Of a DNA stretch of 64,000 bases, positions 36,859-46,200 are shown one piece after another. The DNA is from a virus. Position numbers and translations under genes: made by a program. The notes beneath the pieces were generated by a model. That model was not told where the DNA came from and did not search any database. It worked only from the letters and a program-made list of their open reading frames with translations. The stretch is taken from the IMG/VR virus record IMGVR_UViG_3300024509_000014, positions 8,377 through 72,376 of that record, one strand, 5' to 3'. The stretch's first letter is position 1; every line of letters starts with the position of its first letter.

Positions 36859-37589
36859 GAATCGCATTTTCGCCCTATGTGTTGACCTTGGTGGGCACCG
36901 ATCAATGCGGTGTCGTCAACGGTGAGATTCACACCATCAAGGTGGCTCTCCGATCCGGCGTCTGGGCGGTTCGACACAAGGAACGGGTTCAATGTTTCCA
37001 GGACTTCCCGGACGCGCATCTCAGCCAGGATTTGTCCTGCAACCTCTCGACAAAAATCTTGCAGGATGACGGGTGGTATCCCGGCAAGGTGGACATATCC
37101 GAAAGCATCGATGAAATCTGTGCGCGGGCTGGCGGGTTGGTTTCTCTGGCCAAGGACAGCATCGGTGTGAACGGCCCGTTTGTCTTGCCCTTTGGCGAAG
37201 GGCTGGAGAAAAACGGCATTCTGCTGCGCGTGGACGGCAACGCAAACGAGTGGCAAAGACCATATGATCCCAGACACGCCACCAGCCTGACGATCATGGC
37301 AGGCATGCTGGTCAAGAACATGGCTGCGGGCGACTGGGAAAAGGCCGGGGATGTGCTGGAGCAATCCTGGAAACTCATCCGCGAGGAGGCTCCGGCAGAG
37401 ATCATCCGCGCTTACGCCGACGCCAGAATGCATGGTGCCTGGGGTTGCGTCTGGTGTGGCGACAATACGCTGTTTTGTCTTGCCTCCCCAGAATGGCACG
37501 CGTCGATTTCAAGCATGGTCGGCGTGGAGAAGCTGCCTTTCCAGATCAGCTATCAAGGGGCAGGCCTGAGGGCTGCGCTGAAGCCATGA
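36855..37589 (+). CDS. GHMP kinase-like (HddA heptose-7-phosphate kinase-like) protein, degenerate
   Basis: N-terminal P..LTLVGTD; C-terminal GDWEKAGDVLEQSW...AY..AR.HGAWG...PFQISYQG; GSGLGSS and GAGGGG loops missing. Confidence 0.6.
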   Translation: MRIAFSPYVLTLVGTDQCGVVNGEIHTIKVALRSGVWAVRHKERVQCFQDFPDAHLSQDLSCNLSTKILQDDGWYPGKVDISESIDEICARAGGLVSLAKDSIGVNGPFVLPFGEGLEKNGILLRVDGNANEWQRPYDPRHATSLTIMAGMLVKNMAAGDWEKAGDVLEQSWKLIREEAPAEIIRAYADARMHGAWGCVWCGDNTLFCLASPEWHASISSMVGVEKLPFQISYQGAGLRAALKP

Positions 37590-38038
37590 AAGTCCAATTC
37601 CTTGTCCCGACATTGGCTTCGTCCCACCAAGCCCTGGCTCTCGTCCATTGTGGCAACGAACTCGTGCGCAAGGGCCATGAAGTCCATGTCTTTGTGGAAG
37701 ACAAGGGGTCGCCGCCTTCCAGACCCCATTTTCCAGTCTTTGACGCCGCCTACGCCTACACACAACCGGGACCACTCATTGTCACGACACTTTCAAGCTT
37801 GGCTTTGGCCGTGAGTTCGCCAATCAAGCGGGAACTCTGGTTTTATGCCTGGGACATGGAATGGCTCAATGGCGAGTCGTTTGCCTGGCGAGACTTGCAT
37901 CCCATGTACACAGCAACCCCCCTAGTCGCAAGATCAAGCCACCACAGGCGCATTCTTGAAAACACCTGGGGAAAAACCGTGAACCATATCGTCGAAGATT
38001 TCAGCGCAGATCAGATTGAGAGGCTGCTATGTCCATGA
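37586..38038 (+). CDS. Hypothetical protein resembling a GT-B N-terminal domain
   Basis: MKVQFLV...NELVRKGHEVHVF. Confidence 0.55.
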   Translation: MKVQFLVPTLASSHQALALVHCGNELVRKGHEVHVFVEDKGSPPSRPHFPVFDAAYAYTQPGPLIVTTLSSLALAVSSPIKRELWFYAWDMEWLNGESFAWRDLHPMYTATPLVARSSHHRRILENTWGKTVNHIVEDFSADQIERLLCP

Positions 38039-38811
38039 CCTACGAGTATCTCGTGGAAGAATACGTCAACAAGCAACGGTCAACCCACGAGATTGCCGAG
38101 GAGCTTGGGACTTACCCCAACCGGGTTCGTCGGGCACTGAACAAGTTCGGCATCCCCGTCCGCAGCCGCTCGGAAGCCCAGTTGGTCGCCCTGGAGCAGG
38201 GTCGCCAGGAACACCCGACCAAGGGCAAGAAACTGTCTCCTGAGCGCAAGGCCCAGATTGGCGAGAGGATGGCCGAGCAGTGGGGGTCGATGTCGGAGGA
38301 GGAACGGAAGCGCCGCTCGGAAATCTCCAAAAAGCAATGGGAGACCATGGACGAAGGGCGTCGGGAATCCTTGCAGAAAAAAGCCCTGGACGCTGTGCGT
38401 GTCGCCGCTGACACCGGTAGCCGTTTGGAAAAGTACCTGATCCGCGGTCTGACCCAGGCCAGGTATCCGGTGGATTTTCATGTCCAGCTGGATCGCCAGC
38501 ATATCGACATGGTTGTTAGCCGTAAAGTGGGTTCCTTCAAGGGGATAGCGATCGAAGTCAACGGTCCTTCCCACTACAAACCGATCTGGGGGGATGATTA
38601 TTATGAAAAAAGAGCAGCCTCTGATGCGAAGAAGGTAGGGATGCTCGTCGGAAGTAATTTCCTAGTGATCATTATCAAAGACACTAAGGGAAGTCCTTCT
38701 GAAATTCGTATGAAGCACACTTTACAAAAGTTGTTGAGCATCATAGAATTGGCGAAGACCGACCCCGGGGTGGGGTCATATCATGAGATTGAGGTGGCGG
38801 TCGATGGCTAA
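38029..38811 (+). CDS. Putative homing endonuclease (HTH, NUMOD3-like and Vsr/DUF559-like nuclease domains)
   Basis: STHEIAEELG, HPTKGKKLSPERKAQI, SRLE, ID...IAIEVNGPSHY. Confidence 0.7.
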   Translation: MSMTYEYLVEEYVNKQRSTHEIAEELGTYPNRVRRALNKFGIPVRSRSEAQLVALEQGRQEHPTKGKKLSPERKAQIGERMAEQWGSMSEEERKRRSEISKKQWETMDEGRRESLQKKALDAVRVAADTGSRLEKYLIRGLTQARYPVDFHVQLDRQHIDMVVSRKVGSFKGIAIEVNGPSHYKPIWGDDYYEKRAASDAKKVGMLVGSNFLVIIIKDTKGSPSEIRMKHTLQKLLSIIELAKTDPGVGSYHEIEVAVDG

Positions 38812-39655
38812 GAAGAAACCCGTTTCCGTTGCGGATTTGGACGGCGAAAGCGTTCTGGACACGGTCTCTCTGGACACCCCTGTGGTGGTCGAGGACGGCA
38901 TCCAGTTCAACAGCGATGTTCTGGTAACCCAGGTTGGCCAGGAAGTGGTGGACAAGCCCAACTTCGATGCTGATCTGTACAAGGAACACTGTCCGACCGA
39001 CCCGGACTGGACCGAGTATGTGTTGTCCAAACTGTCCCCAGACGAACTGTCCCCTGAAGGCCGTCCGACCTGCGATGGCCTGCGCCGGGTAGCAGAGTTG
39101 GTTTTGGGGCCGACCCTGAAATCGACTGTGCGGATCGTCCAGTCCCCCGCTCCCGACAACGGCATGACGGCTGTGGCTGAATTCAGCTACACCTACCATT
39201 CCATCCACACCGACCGGGAGGTGACTTTCACCGCTGCGGCCGATGTCAACTCGGGCAACACCGACGGGATGTTCTCCAAGTTCGCCACGGCGATGGCTGA
39301 AACACGCGCCGAGGGGCGGGCCTTGCGCAAGGCTTTGCGTCTGCGTCGGGTGCTGACCGCCGAGGAGCCTTCGGCCCTGTTCCACGATGTGGATTTGAGC
39401 AACGGCGGCAAGTCCACCGAGATGCAGCATTCCTTCATCAAGACCCTGTGTGAACGCAACGATATCAACATCGACGCCTACCTGGGATCATCCAAATCAT
39501 TCAAGTGGAACGGCAAGCTGGAGGATATCCCCCACAAGTCTGCCGTACTCATCATTGCGCATCTGAACGAGCTTCAGAGGGACAGAGCTAAAATCGACCC
39601 CAAATTCAAGGGGTACGATGCTAGCTGGAAAAACAGCAACAAGACCACGGAGTAA
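38804..39655 (+). CDS. Putative single-strand annealing protein (Rad52/Sak-like)
   Basis: GLRRVAE...AMAETRAEGRALRKAL motif. Confidence 0.5.
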   Translation: MAKKKPVSVADLDGESVLDTVSLDTPVVVEDGIQFNSDVLVTQVGQEVVDKPNFDADLYKEHCPTDPDWTEYVLSKLSPDELSPEGRPTCDGLRRVAELVLGPTLKSTVRIVQSPAPDNGMTAVAEFSYTYHSIHTDREVTFTAAADVNSGNTDGMFSKFATAMAETRAEGRALRKALRLRRVLTAEEPSALFHDVDLSNGGKSTEMQHSFIKTLCERNDINIDAYLGSSKSFKWNGKLEDIPHKSAVLIIAHLNELQRDRAKIDPKFKGYDASWKNSNKTTE

Positions 39656-39657
39656 CC

Positions 39658-40023
39658 ATGAAAGCCCACATCCCGACAGCGCACGGCACGATTGAAATTG
39701 ATGCCACCGATGTCAAAGAACTGTTCCGTCAAATTGCCGCCACCCACGAGGTTTTCGGGGATCATCGTTGCGGTGCCTGCGGTGAGGATCGCATCGCCCC
39801 CCGTGTTCGCCGGGTGACCAAGGGCAAGGTTGAGTACGAGTATTTTGAAATCTGCTGCAACAATCCGAAATGCCGGGCGAAGCTGGCTTTCGGGCAATAC
39901 CAGGATGGTAGCGGCCTGTTCCCGGTGCGGAAGCTGGACAAAGACGGCCAGCCAGACCGGGAAAACGGCACCTACGGCCCACACAACGGGTGGAGTAGGT
40001 ACCGAGGCGAACAGAAGGACTAG
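39658..40023 (+). CDS. Hypothetical zinc-ribbon protein
   Basis: CGAC...CCNNPKC; GGAG RBS. Confidence 0.7.
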   Translation: MKAHIPTAHGTIEIDATDVKELFRQIAATHEVFGDHRCGACGEDRIAPRVRRVTKGKVEYEYFEICCNNPKCRAKLAFGQYQDGSGLFPVRKLDKDGQPDRENGTYGPHNGWSRYRGEQKD

Positions 40024-40046
40024 GGAACCTTGGCGGGATTCCCTTG

Positions 40047-40084
40047 AAGGGGGCGGGGGGTGTGTTGCCCCCCGCTCTTTTTTT
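40047..40084 (+). terminator. Intrinsic terminator at the convergence of the two transcription blocks
   Basis: GGGCGGGGGG-TGTGTTG-CCCCCCGCTC followed by T7. Confidence 0.8.
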
Positions 40085-40268
40085 ATTCTGCCGCTGGCGG
40101 GCTAGGAAGCTCGGTCTCGACCACCACCAAATCGATGGGGTGGGCGACGACCTGGAACGGCAAAAAGACTCGCGGGTCGATCAACACGCTCTGGTCTGTC
40201 GTGGCCGTAAACTCCGGGGTCGGAGATTCGAGGGCCGGAGTAATATCGATTTCTTCTGGACCTGTCAT
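40083..40268 (-). CDS. Small acidic hypothetical protein
   Basis: GAGG RBS; ATGA overlap with the upstream gene. Confidence 0.55.
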   Translation of the reverse strand: MTGPEEIDITPALESPTPEFTATTDQSVLIDPRVFLPFQVVAHPIDLVVVETELPSPPAAE

Positions 40269-40501
40269 GGTTGAATCCTCGTTCGTTCATCAGTCACTTC
40301 ACCTTTGATCGGCCCACCGGCTAGGGCGCCACGCAAGTTACGCATCAGGCCAGCAACCAGAGGGCCAATCTCGGGTTGATATCCGCCCCACTCACAGAAG
40401 GGCAGTCTTTCTTCGAGCGTCGACAGGAAAGCGTCAGCAGCCGCCCATCCCGCCATTTCCACGGCGTCTCGAATGTCCTTGGGGAAGTCTTCCAGTCGCA
40501 T
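40265..40501 (-). CDS. Small hypothetical protein
   Basis: TGATG coupling to the GT2 stop; starts MRLEDFPK. Confidence 0.6.
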   Translation of the reverse strand: MRLEDFPKDIRDAVEMAGWAAADAFLSTLEERLPFCEWGGYQPEIGPLVAGLMRNLRGALAGGPIKGEVTDERTRIQP

Positions 40502-41538
40502 CAGACTTCCTCGTAGTCGTTGCAGTTTTGACAGCAGCGAATCCCATCGCCGTAGTCCCTGAACGGTCGGCATTTCTCGTGAAGTTCGCACTTGTACACA
40601 AACTTGAGCGGGCAGTTGCAGTCCCCGGTGTCGATCGGAGTGGTGCTCCGATGGAAACAGGGGAGGGTCCGCCGAACTGTTTTGATGGTGCGAAAGCGTT
40701 CAGGAAAAACACCTTGGTTTGGGTCAAGAGCTTCGGCTTCCGCAAGCACATTGTTGAAGTTGGCCTCGGGCACTTTGGGACGAAAATGTTCAACCACATC
40801 CTCGTAGGGCAGGCCGAGTTCACGGCGACCAACGACATAGTTGAAGATTCTGTCTTCCAAAAACAGGCGATAGGGAACACCCTTGGGTCGGCCGAACCGG
40901 TGCAGCCAAGTCATCCAGGGGACACACATCGCCTCGCCGCCGAACTTGCGGACCTTGGCATGTATATACCCCTCCTCACCCCCGAAGCCTCTGAATAGGG
41001 TGGAGAAGCCTGGCCACTCTTCCTTGCACATCATGAACTGGCCGAGGCCCTGCATGGGGATCGGGAACGGCTCACCGAGCTTCACTCTTTCGTCGGTCGC
41101 CCAAGTGCCATACATGGAGTCGCGCCAGACTGGGTCGAAGTGCGTGGCCATGTTGATGTGGTCGTCGTACAACAACGGGCCTTGATAGAGGTTCTTCCTC
41201 CCGGCCTTGCCTGAACGGATGAACTCCTTGACCTTGGACACAACCCCTTGCGTGAGCAAGACATGGCTATCCACACACATCACCCACTCGCCCTGTGCCT
41301 CTTCAAAGACCAGTTGGCGCGGCAGGGAGGTGCCAGTAGCGTGGCCCCTGTGCAGGTAGCGGGCCTTGGCCCATTCGGCGGCACTCTTGGTGTGGGGACA
41401 GCCATTGGGCAGATTGTCCACCACCAGCAACTCGACATCGTTCAGATCGTGATAGGCCCGCAACGCTTGCAGGGTGAAGTACACCCCATCGTAGTCGTCG
41501 TAGGTCGCCATGCCGATAGTCAGAAGTGGTTCCGCCAT
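40501..41538 (-). CDS. GT2-like glycosyltransferase with Cys-rich C-terminal extension
   Basis: LTIGMATY, LLVVDN, MCVDSH, FRGFGGEEGY, WLHRFGRP; seven Cys in the last ~45 aa. Confidence 0.82.
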   Translation of the reverse strand: MAEPLLTIGMATYDDYDGVYFTLQALRAYHDLNDVELLVVDNLPNGCPHTKSAAEWAKARYLHRGHATGTSLPRQLVFEEAQGEWVMCVDSHVLLTQGVVSKVKEFIRSGKAGRKNLYQGPLLYDDHINMATHFDPVWRDSMYGTWATDERVKLGEPFPIPMQGLGQFMMCKEEWPGFSTLFRGFGGEEGYIHAKVRKFGGEAMCVPWMTWLHRFGRPKGVPYRLFLEDRIFNYVVGRRELGLPYEDVVEHFRPKVPEANFNNVLAEAEALDPNQGVFPERFRTIKTVRRTLPCFHRSTTPIDTGDCNCPLKFVYKCELHEKCRPFRDYGDGIRCCQNCNDYEEV

Positions 41539-41542
41539 ACAT

Positions 41543-41578
41543 CCTCCTCGTCATATGGTTGTATGCACGCCAAGGAGG
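41543..41578 (-). promoter_or_regulatory. Anti-SD hairpin sequestering the AGGAGG RBS of the GT2 gene
   Basis: Minus strand CCTCCT-tgg-CGT-g-CATA-caacca-TATG-ACG-AGGAGG, 4 nt before ATG. Confidence 0.55.
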
Positions 41579-41590
41579 GTTTGGTTAAAC

Positions 41591-41620
41591 GAAAAGACCC
41601 GCCGTTTTGGGCGGGTCTTC
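41591..41620 (-). terminator. Intrinsic terminator after gene 41644..42315
   Basis: AAGACCCGCC-CAAAAC-GGCGGGTCTT followed by TTCGTTT on the minus strand. Confidence 0.78.
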
Positions 41621-41643
41621 TCGCTGCGGTAGGAGGGGATCGA

Positions 41644-42315
41644 TCAGAGGTATTCCAGTTGGACCCAGAGTCCGAACTGTTTGCTTCCGATCCCGTCCGG
41701 TGATGCCGACAACGCCAGATACCAGTCGTGACGCACATCTGTCGTGTTTGCACCCGACGGACGCAGTCCCGAGGTTCCTGGCGAAGCGGTCAATGTAACT
41801 GGCTCACGCTGCGCCGGATTGGCCTGGTTGGCGGTCGTGAAGACCTCCCAGGCTGTCGAACCCGAACCCGTTGGATTTCCTGAATCCTGCACGGTCACGG
41901 GATGAATAATTTCGGCTAGATAAGTGGTTACACCGGAAGCGGGGTTGGTTGGCAAAACTCTGTCGTAAATGTAGGCCTTGACATTCTGCGTCTTGACCGC
42001 CGAGTCAGCGGTAAAACGCACATTCAGGCTGCTTTGCCAGTTGGGTATAGCTCGGAGGGGAATGGCAGAAGTGCCTCGTCCCACCAAGCCACTTCCTGCG
42101 TTGGCGTATTTGACATTCCAAGCTTCGGGGCCTTGGCTGGTGCCCGTCGAGTTGGTGATGAAGGTTTTGTCCTGCGCTTCGCCGACCGGTACGGACATAC
42201 CGAACCCGCCGCCATAGAAACCAAGACCTGAGCCAGCCAGACTGGCTATTTGGAACGTTGAGAACGTGCCGCCGTCCTCAAACTGTCCTGCATAAAACGA
42301 AAGCGACGCTGGCAT
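41644..42315 (-). CDS. Putative virion structural protein
   Basis: AAGGAGG RBS, own terminator, Gly/Ser/Thr beta-rich composition, HDWYLALSASP motif. Confidence 0.7.
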   Translation of the reverse strand: MPASLSFYAGQFEDGGTFSTFQIASLAGSGLGFYGGGFGMSVPVGEAQDKTFITNSTGTSQGPEAWNVKYANAGSGLVGRGTSAIPLRAIPNWQSSLNVRFTADSAVKTQNVKAYIYDRVLPTNPASGVTTYLAEIIHPVTVQDSGNPTGSGSTAWEVFTTANQANPAQREPVTLTASPGTSGLRPSGANTTDVRHDWYLALSASPDGIGSKQFGLWVQLEYL

Positions 42316-42331
42316 GGTCTAGTACCTCCTT

Positions 42332-42345
42332 CAGAAATTACACCG
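42332..42345 (-). promoter_or_regulatory. Putative late-promoter motif CGGTGTAATTTCTG (copy 1)
   Basis: Exact 14-bp match to 61618-61631; immediately upstream of the RBS. Confidence 0.5.
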
Positions 42346-42735
42346 TCACCACTTGCCGTCCGGACACTTCTGCTCATCCCAGGACGCCTTCAGGTTCATA
42401 TAGCACCCACAGCCTGAACAGCGGTTATCGGGCCGGAGTTTGGGGCAGGTTTTGCAGATTGCCATCCTCTTTTGATATGTCTCGCTATCAGCTGATTGCA
42501 AACCTCCGGCGACATGTTGAGCGAGGGCCGCAACGAAATTGACCCCCTGCTGGAGCAGGCTGGGCAGTTTGTTCTCCTTGTCCCACATCAGTTTGCCGGT
42601 ACACAAATCCTTGATGAAAGCGATGCGTTCTTCTGGGGTGACGCCCTCCCCGTTGCAAACGCGGTATTCTGCCTCGGAGAGGACATAACCTTTTCCTTGG
42701 CTGCACGGCACATTGGGTTGGCAGGGGCAATTCAT
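42346..42735 (-). CDS. Small Cys-rich protein (DUF6171-like)
   Basis: RMAICKTCP...CSGCGC...KASW...CPDGKW. Confidence 0.72.
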   Translation of the reverse strand: MNCPCQPNVPCSQGKGYVLSEAEYRVCNGEGVTPEERIAFIKDLCTGKLMWDKENKLPSLLQQGVNFVAALAQHVAGGLQSADSETYQKRMAICKTCPKLRPDNRCSGCGCYMNLKASWDEQKCPDGKW

Positions 42736-43241
42736 GAGTAGTCCGGCATCTCAAAGGTGAAACTGAAACTCGCTCCGCTACCGCCAGAATAGACTGTGTT
42801 CAAAAAACGGCGACACATGACCCATTTTTGCTGTTCTTCGTCAAAGTAAACTCCAGCCACGACCACATTGCCGAAGTTGCCGTTGTTGTTGTTCTGGATG
42901 TTTTGCATCACCAACGTGTTGGTCCTGCCTTCCAGTAGATCGCCAGGATTGAGGGTCACTCTGGTCATACCTTTGGGTGTGCCGTTCTCGGCATCGTTGC
43001 CACAGCAGGAAATACCTGGCTCCAGCAGGTCGATGGTCGGCTCGATGGTGGGGTTGGTGCGGAAAAACTTGCCTATGCAGTTGTTGGAATTGAGGATGAT
43101 GTCACCCATGTTCTTGCCATTGAGGATCAAACGGTAGTTGTCGTCGGTGGCTGCATTGCTGTTGCAGACATAGATGATGTAGTCGGTTTCGCGATCACAG
43201 CCCAGACAGCAGGGGGCGCAATCGATGTACTCAATCTCCAT
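42732..43241 (-). CDS. Cys-rich hypothetical (putative virion) protein
   Basis: TGATG coupling, GGAGG RBS; CAPCCLGC N-terminus. Confidence 0.65.
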   Translation of the reverse strand: MEIEYIDCAPCCLGCDRETDYIIYVCNSNAATDDNYRLILNGKNMGDIILNSNNCIGKFFRTNPTIEPTIDLLEPGISCCGNDAENGTPKGMTRVTLNPGDLLEGRTNTLVMQNIQNNNNGNFGNVVVAGVYFDEEQQKWVMCRRFLNTVYSGGSGASFSFTFEMPDYS

Positions 43242-46200
43242 CAGACGACCTCCACGGCACCCAGGAAGTCGTAGGTCTTCTTGGTGACCTGGAGCAAGCC
43301 ACTCTGGCAAACGAGATTGGTGACAACCGTGATGCGCTTGTAGTCGCTGGCGTCAAAGCTGTTGCCACCGCCGCCGCTGTACCATTTGCCCTCATTGGGC
43401 ACAAAATGGGCCAGCGCAAAGCCAGCCTTGATCTGGCCGGAGCCGACCGGGTAAACCGGGATCGCCTTATTGACCAGAGAGTTGCCGACATAGGGATAGC
43501 CAGAAGCTGGTGTTCCGGAAGCTGCGGCTGCGTAGACGTAAACCCGGGTAACTCCCACCCCAGACCAGACCTTGCGGATATCGTCCCACAACAGGTCGGT
43601 CGGTCCTGCTTTGTGCTGGTCAGATCGATAGGCGAGATCGACATTGGCCGGGGCGATCTGGCCCGGATTATAGATATCCTGACCGTAGCCGACCACCATC
43701 AGGGGGCCGCGCAGCCCCATGCTGCGCCCTTCAAAAGCGCCGTTGCCAGCACCGGAATTCCAGTTGTTGATCTCGCACGGCAATCCGTTCGCCTGCTGAT
43801 AGGTGACAATGGAGATGTCTGTCTGTCCAGGGTAGGCGGTCGGAGTCAGGCTGGTTGCTGTTGTCGTGCTGGAGATGTTGACAGGAAGCTCGACCTTCGG
43901 CAACAGGGAAGTGCTGGGCAGGGATTTGTACGACAAGCCATACTGGTTCACCGTGACACCGCCGTTGACTGTCGGCGTTCGATACGGCCTGAAGAGGGCG
44001 TCCTGGCTGGTGATCGCCCTGTTGGCGTAGACATCCGGGCTGTCTGCGTCCGTGTTCGACATCAATTCATGCAAGGGGGCCGATTTCACATCCAGTCGCA
44101 CGGCACTGCCGTTGGCGCTGGCAAATCCAGCCATGCATTCGTGCGGCGTTTGCACGCGATGGAACTTGTCAAAGGCCCCGGCGGTCATAGACAAAGAGAA
44201 CGCCCCGGCACTGGCTCTGGTCGCCCCCTGACGAACCTTGTTCTGGTCGATGGCCAGCTTGTAGAGATTTCTGCGCAGTTGAAGACCGAGTTGGCCGGTC
44301 TTGCGCATTCGATCAATAGTTTGCCTAGGAATAACGCCGAAACGCGGGCTGTAATTCTGGAAAGCGTAGGTTGACGTGACGCCACCCGTGCCGATGGAAA
44401 TCTCAATTGAGGTCACGGCTGGACCGCTGGCCTGAAGAGCCTGACCCAGAGAAACTTTTGGGTAGTCCACCTGGGTGACTCTCCCGTGTTCCGTCAAAGC
44501 CATGCGACTTGATCCGTCAAAAAGTCTGGCCATGGCCACCCGGTTCATCACATATATTGAACCGAAGTTGCTCGGCACCAACTCGTTGTCCACCTCCACC
44601 TTTACCCGACCAGGCACACCCGAATAAACCCAGTAAGGGCCGTAGGTGATGCGATTGCTTTTGAGTGGAACCACAAAAAAAGACGGATAAACTGGGGGTG
44701 GATGGATGCGTGTTTTTGACGATTCAGCATTAGTTTGGTAGAGGTTTGCTGGCGTTCCCAGAAGCCTGCTGATAATGCTGTGGTCACCGGATGGATCTAG
44801 AGTCTTTGAAAAAATAGGTGTTTGAACGGTCACCCTGACCAATGGGCCACCCAGATAAATCATGCCAGCACCAGCAAGGACATAGCCGATATACTGGCTG
44901 GTTCTGTATGGTGTTGTGACTGAGGGATAATACATTTCCTCAATCTTCTCGCCCAGCGACGCCTTGACATAGGCGCCCAGCGAATCCATGACCACATCCT
45001 GCGGATTGTCGATGGAAGCTCTTGTTTGAATCAGTCGAGCATAGTTGTAGACGACGAAAGGCTCAAAACGACTCTGGTCATCAGAAAAATAGGTGCAGGA
45101 AAGTGGGCTTAAACCAAAGGGGGCGCCTTCAGCCTCCATGAAGGCGCTTCTGGCGATATCGAACTCGTAACGGATATTGGGGCGCAGGTCGGCTTTGAAC
45201 GGCACATTGGCGTCGAGCGTCGACGCAGAAATGCCAAGGCTGACGATGAACTCCTTGCCAAGATGCTGGTTGGCCACCCCAGACAACCAACTGAAGAATC
45301 TCCGACGCGCCTCTGATCTGTCGTAAGTGGCCTCTAGAGCGCGGGCCAAGATGGCTTGTGGGTTGGTTTGCACCAGACTGCCAGTATTGACGCCGCTCAA
45401 GAGGACCTGATTCCCGCGGGTGCTTTCAAAGCCGGTCATGGCGAAGAAGACATCTGGGCGGTATTTCTCGATGTATTCCATCCAGCTATCGATGCCAGCC
45501 ATGGCGAACTGAAGCTCAAGCGTCGAGCAGAAATAATATGATGACCCGATGACATCCTCGACACCCTGAGCGTAGAGATTCATCATCTCGCAAGGGTAGG
45601 AGATGGCTGGTTCGCCTGGCAACTTAGGAGCGAGGATGACGAAGCCGGGATGCCCAAGGATTGGATTCTTATTTTGGTCGTATCCCCAGAAAGAGCAATA
45701 GTTTGCTTTTCCGTACATACCCTCATACGGACCACCGATCAGCATCGCCGCCGTCTGGTGACCCTGCGCCATTTCAATGCCGTGCTCGATGGCTGTAGCA
45801 TTGGAGCCTGGCTGATTGACGATAGCTCCGATAGTCCCTAGGCTGGGCGCAAACCTTCGATCGATGACACGAATCTTGATCGTGTAGCCGACTAATTCAA
45901 CGACAAAATCAAACCCGGCATCTTGACAGACCTTGTTGATGACATCATACAGGCTGACTACCGAGTTGCCTTCGATGCGATAATAGGGGTCGGGTATGGG
46001 AAGTTCGCTCAGATCAAGCGAATAATAAACGCCATCAGGGAATTCGCGTGTCGGCAGACCCCACCGCATCGGCCCACCGAACGGTGTTGTCAGAGGCTGG
46101 TTGCAGATTGACAGCACAGCCCTGAAGAAAGTGATCCACGGCATGCCGATTTCATCGGAGCCTGAAAAACCAAAACCGACATTCTCCCAAAAACCATAGG

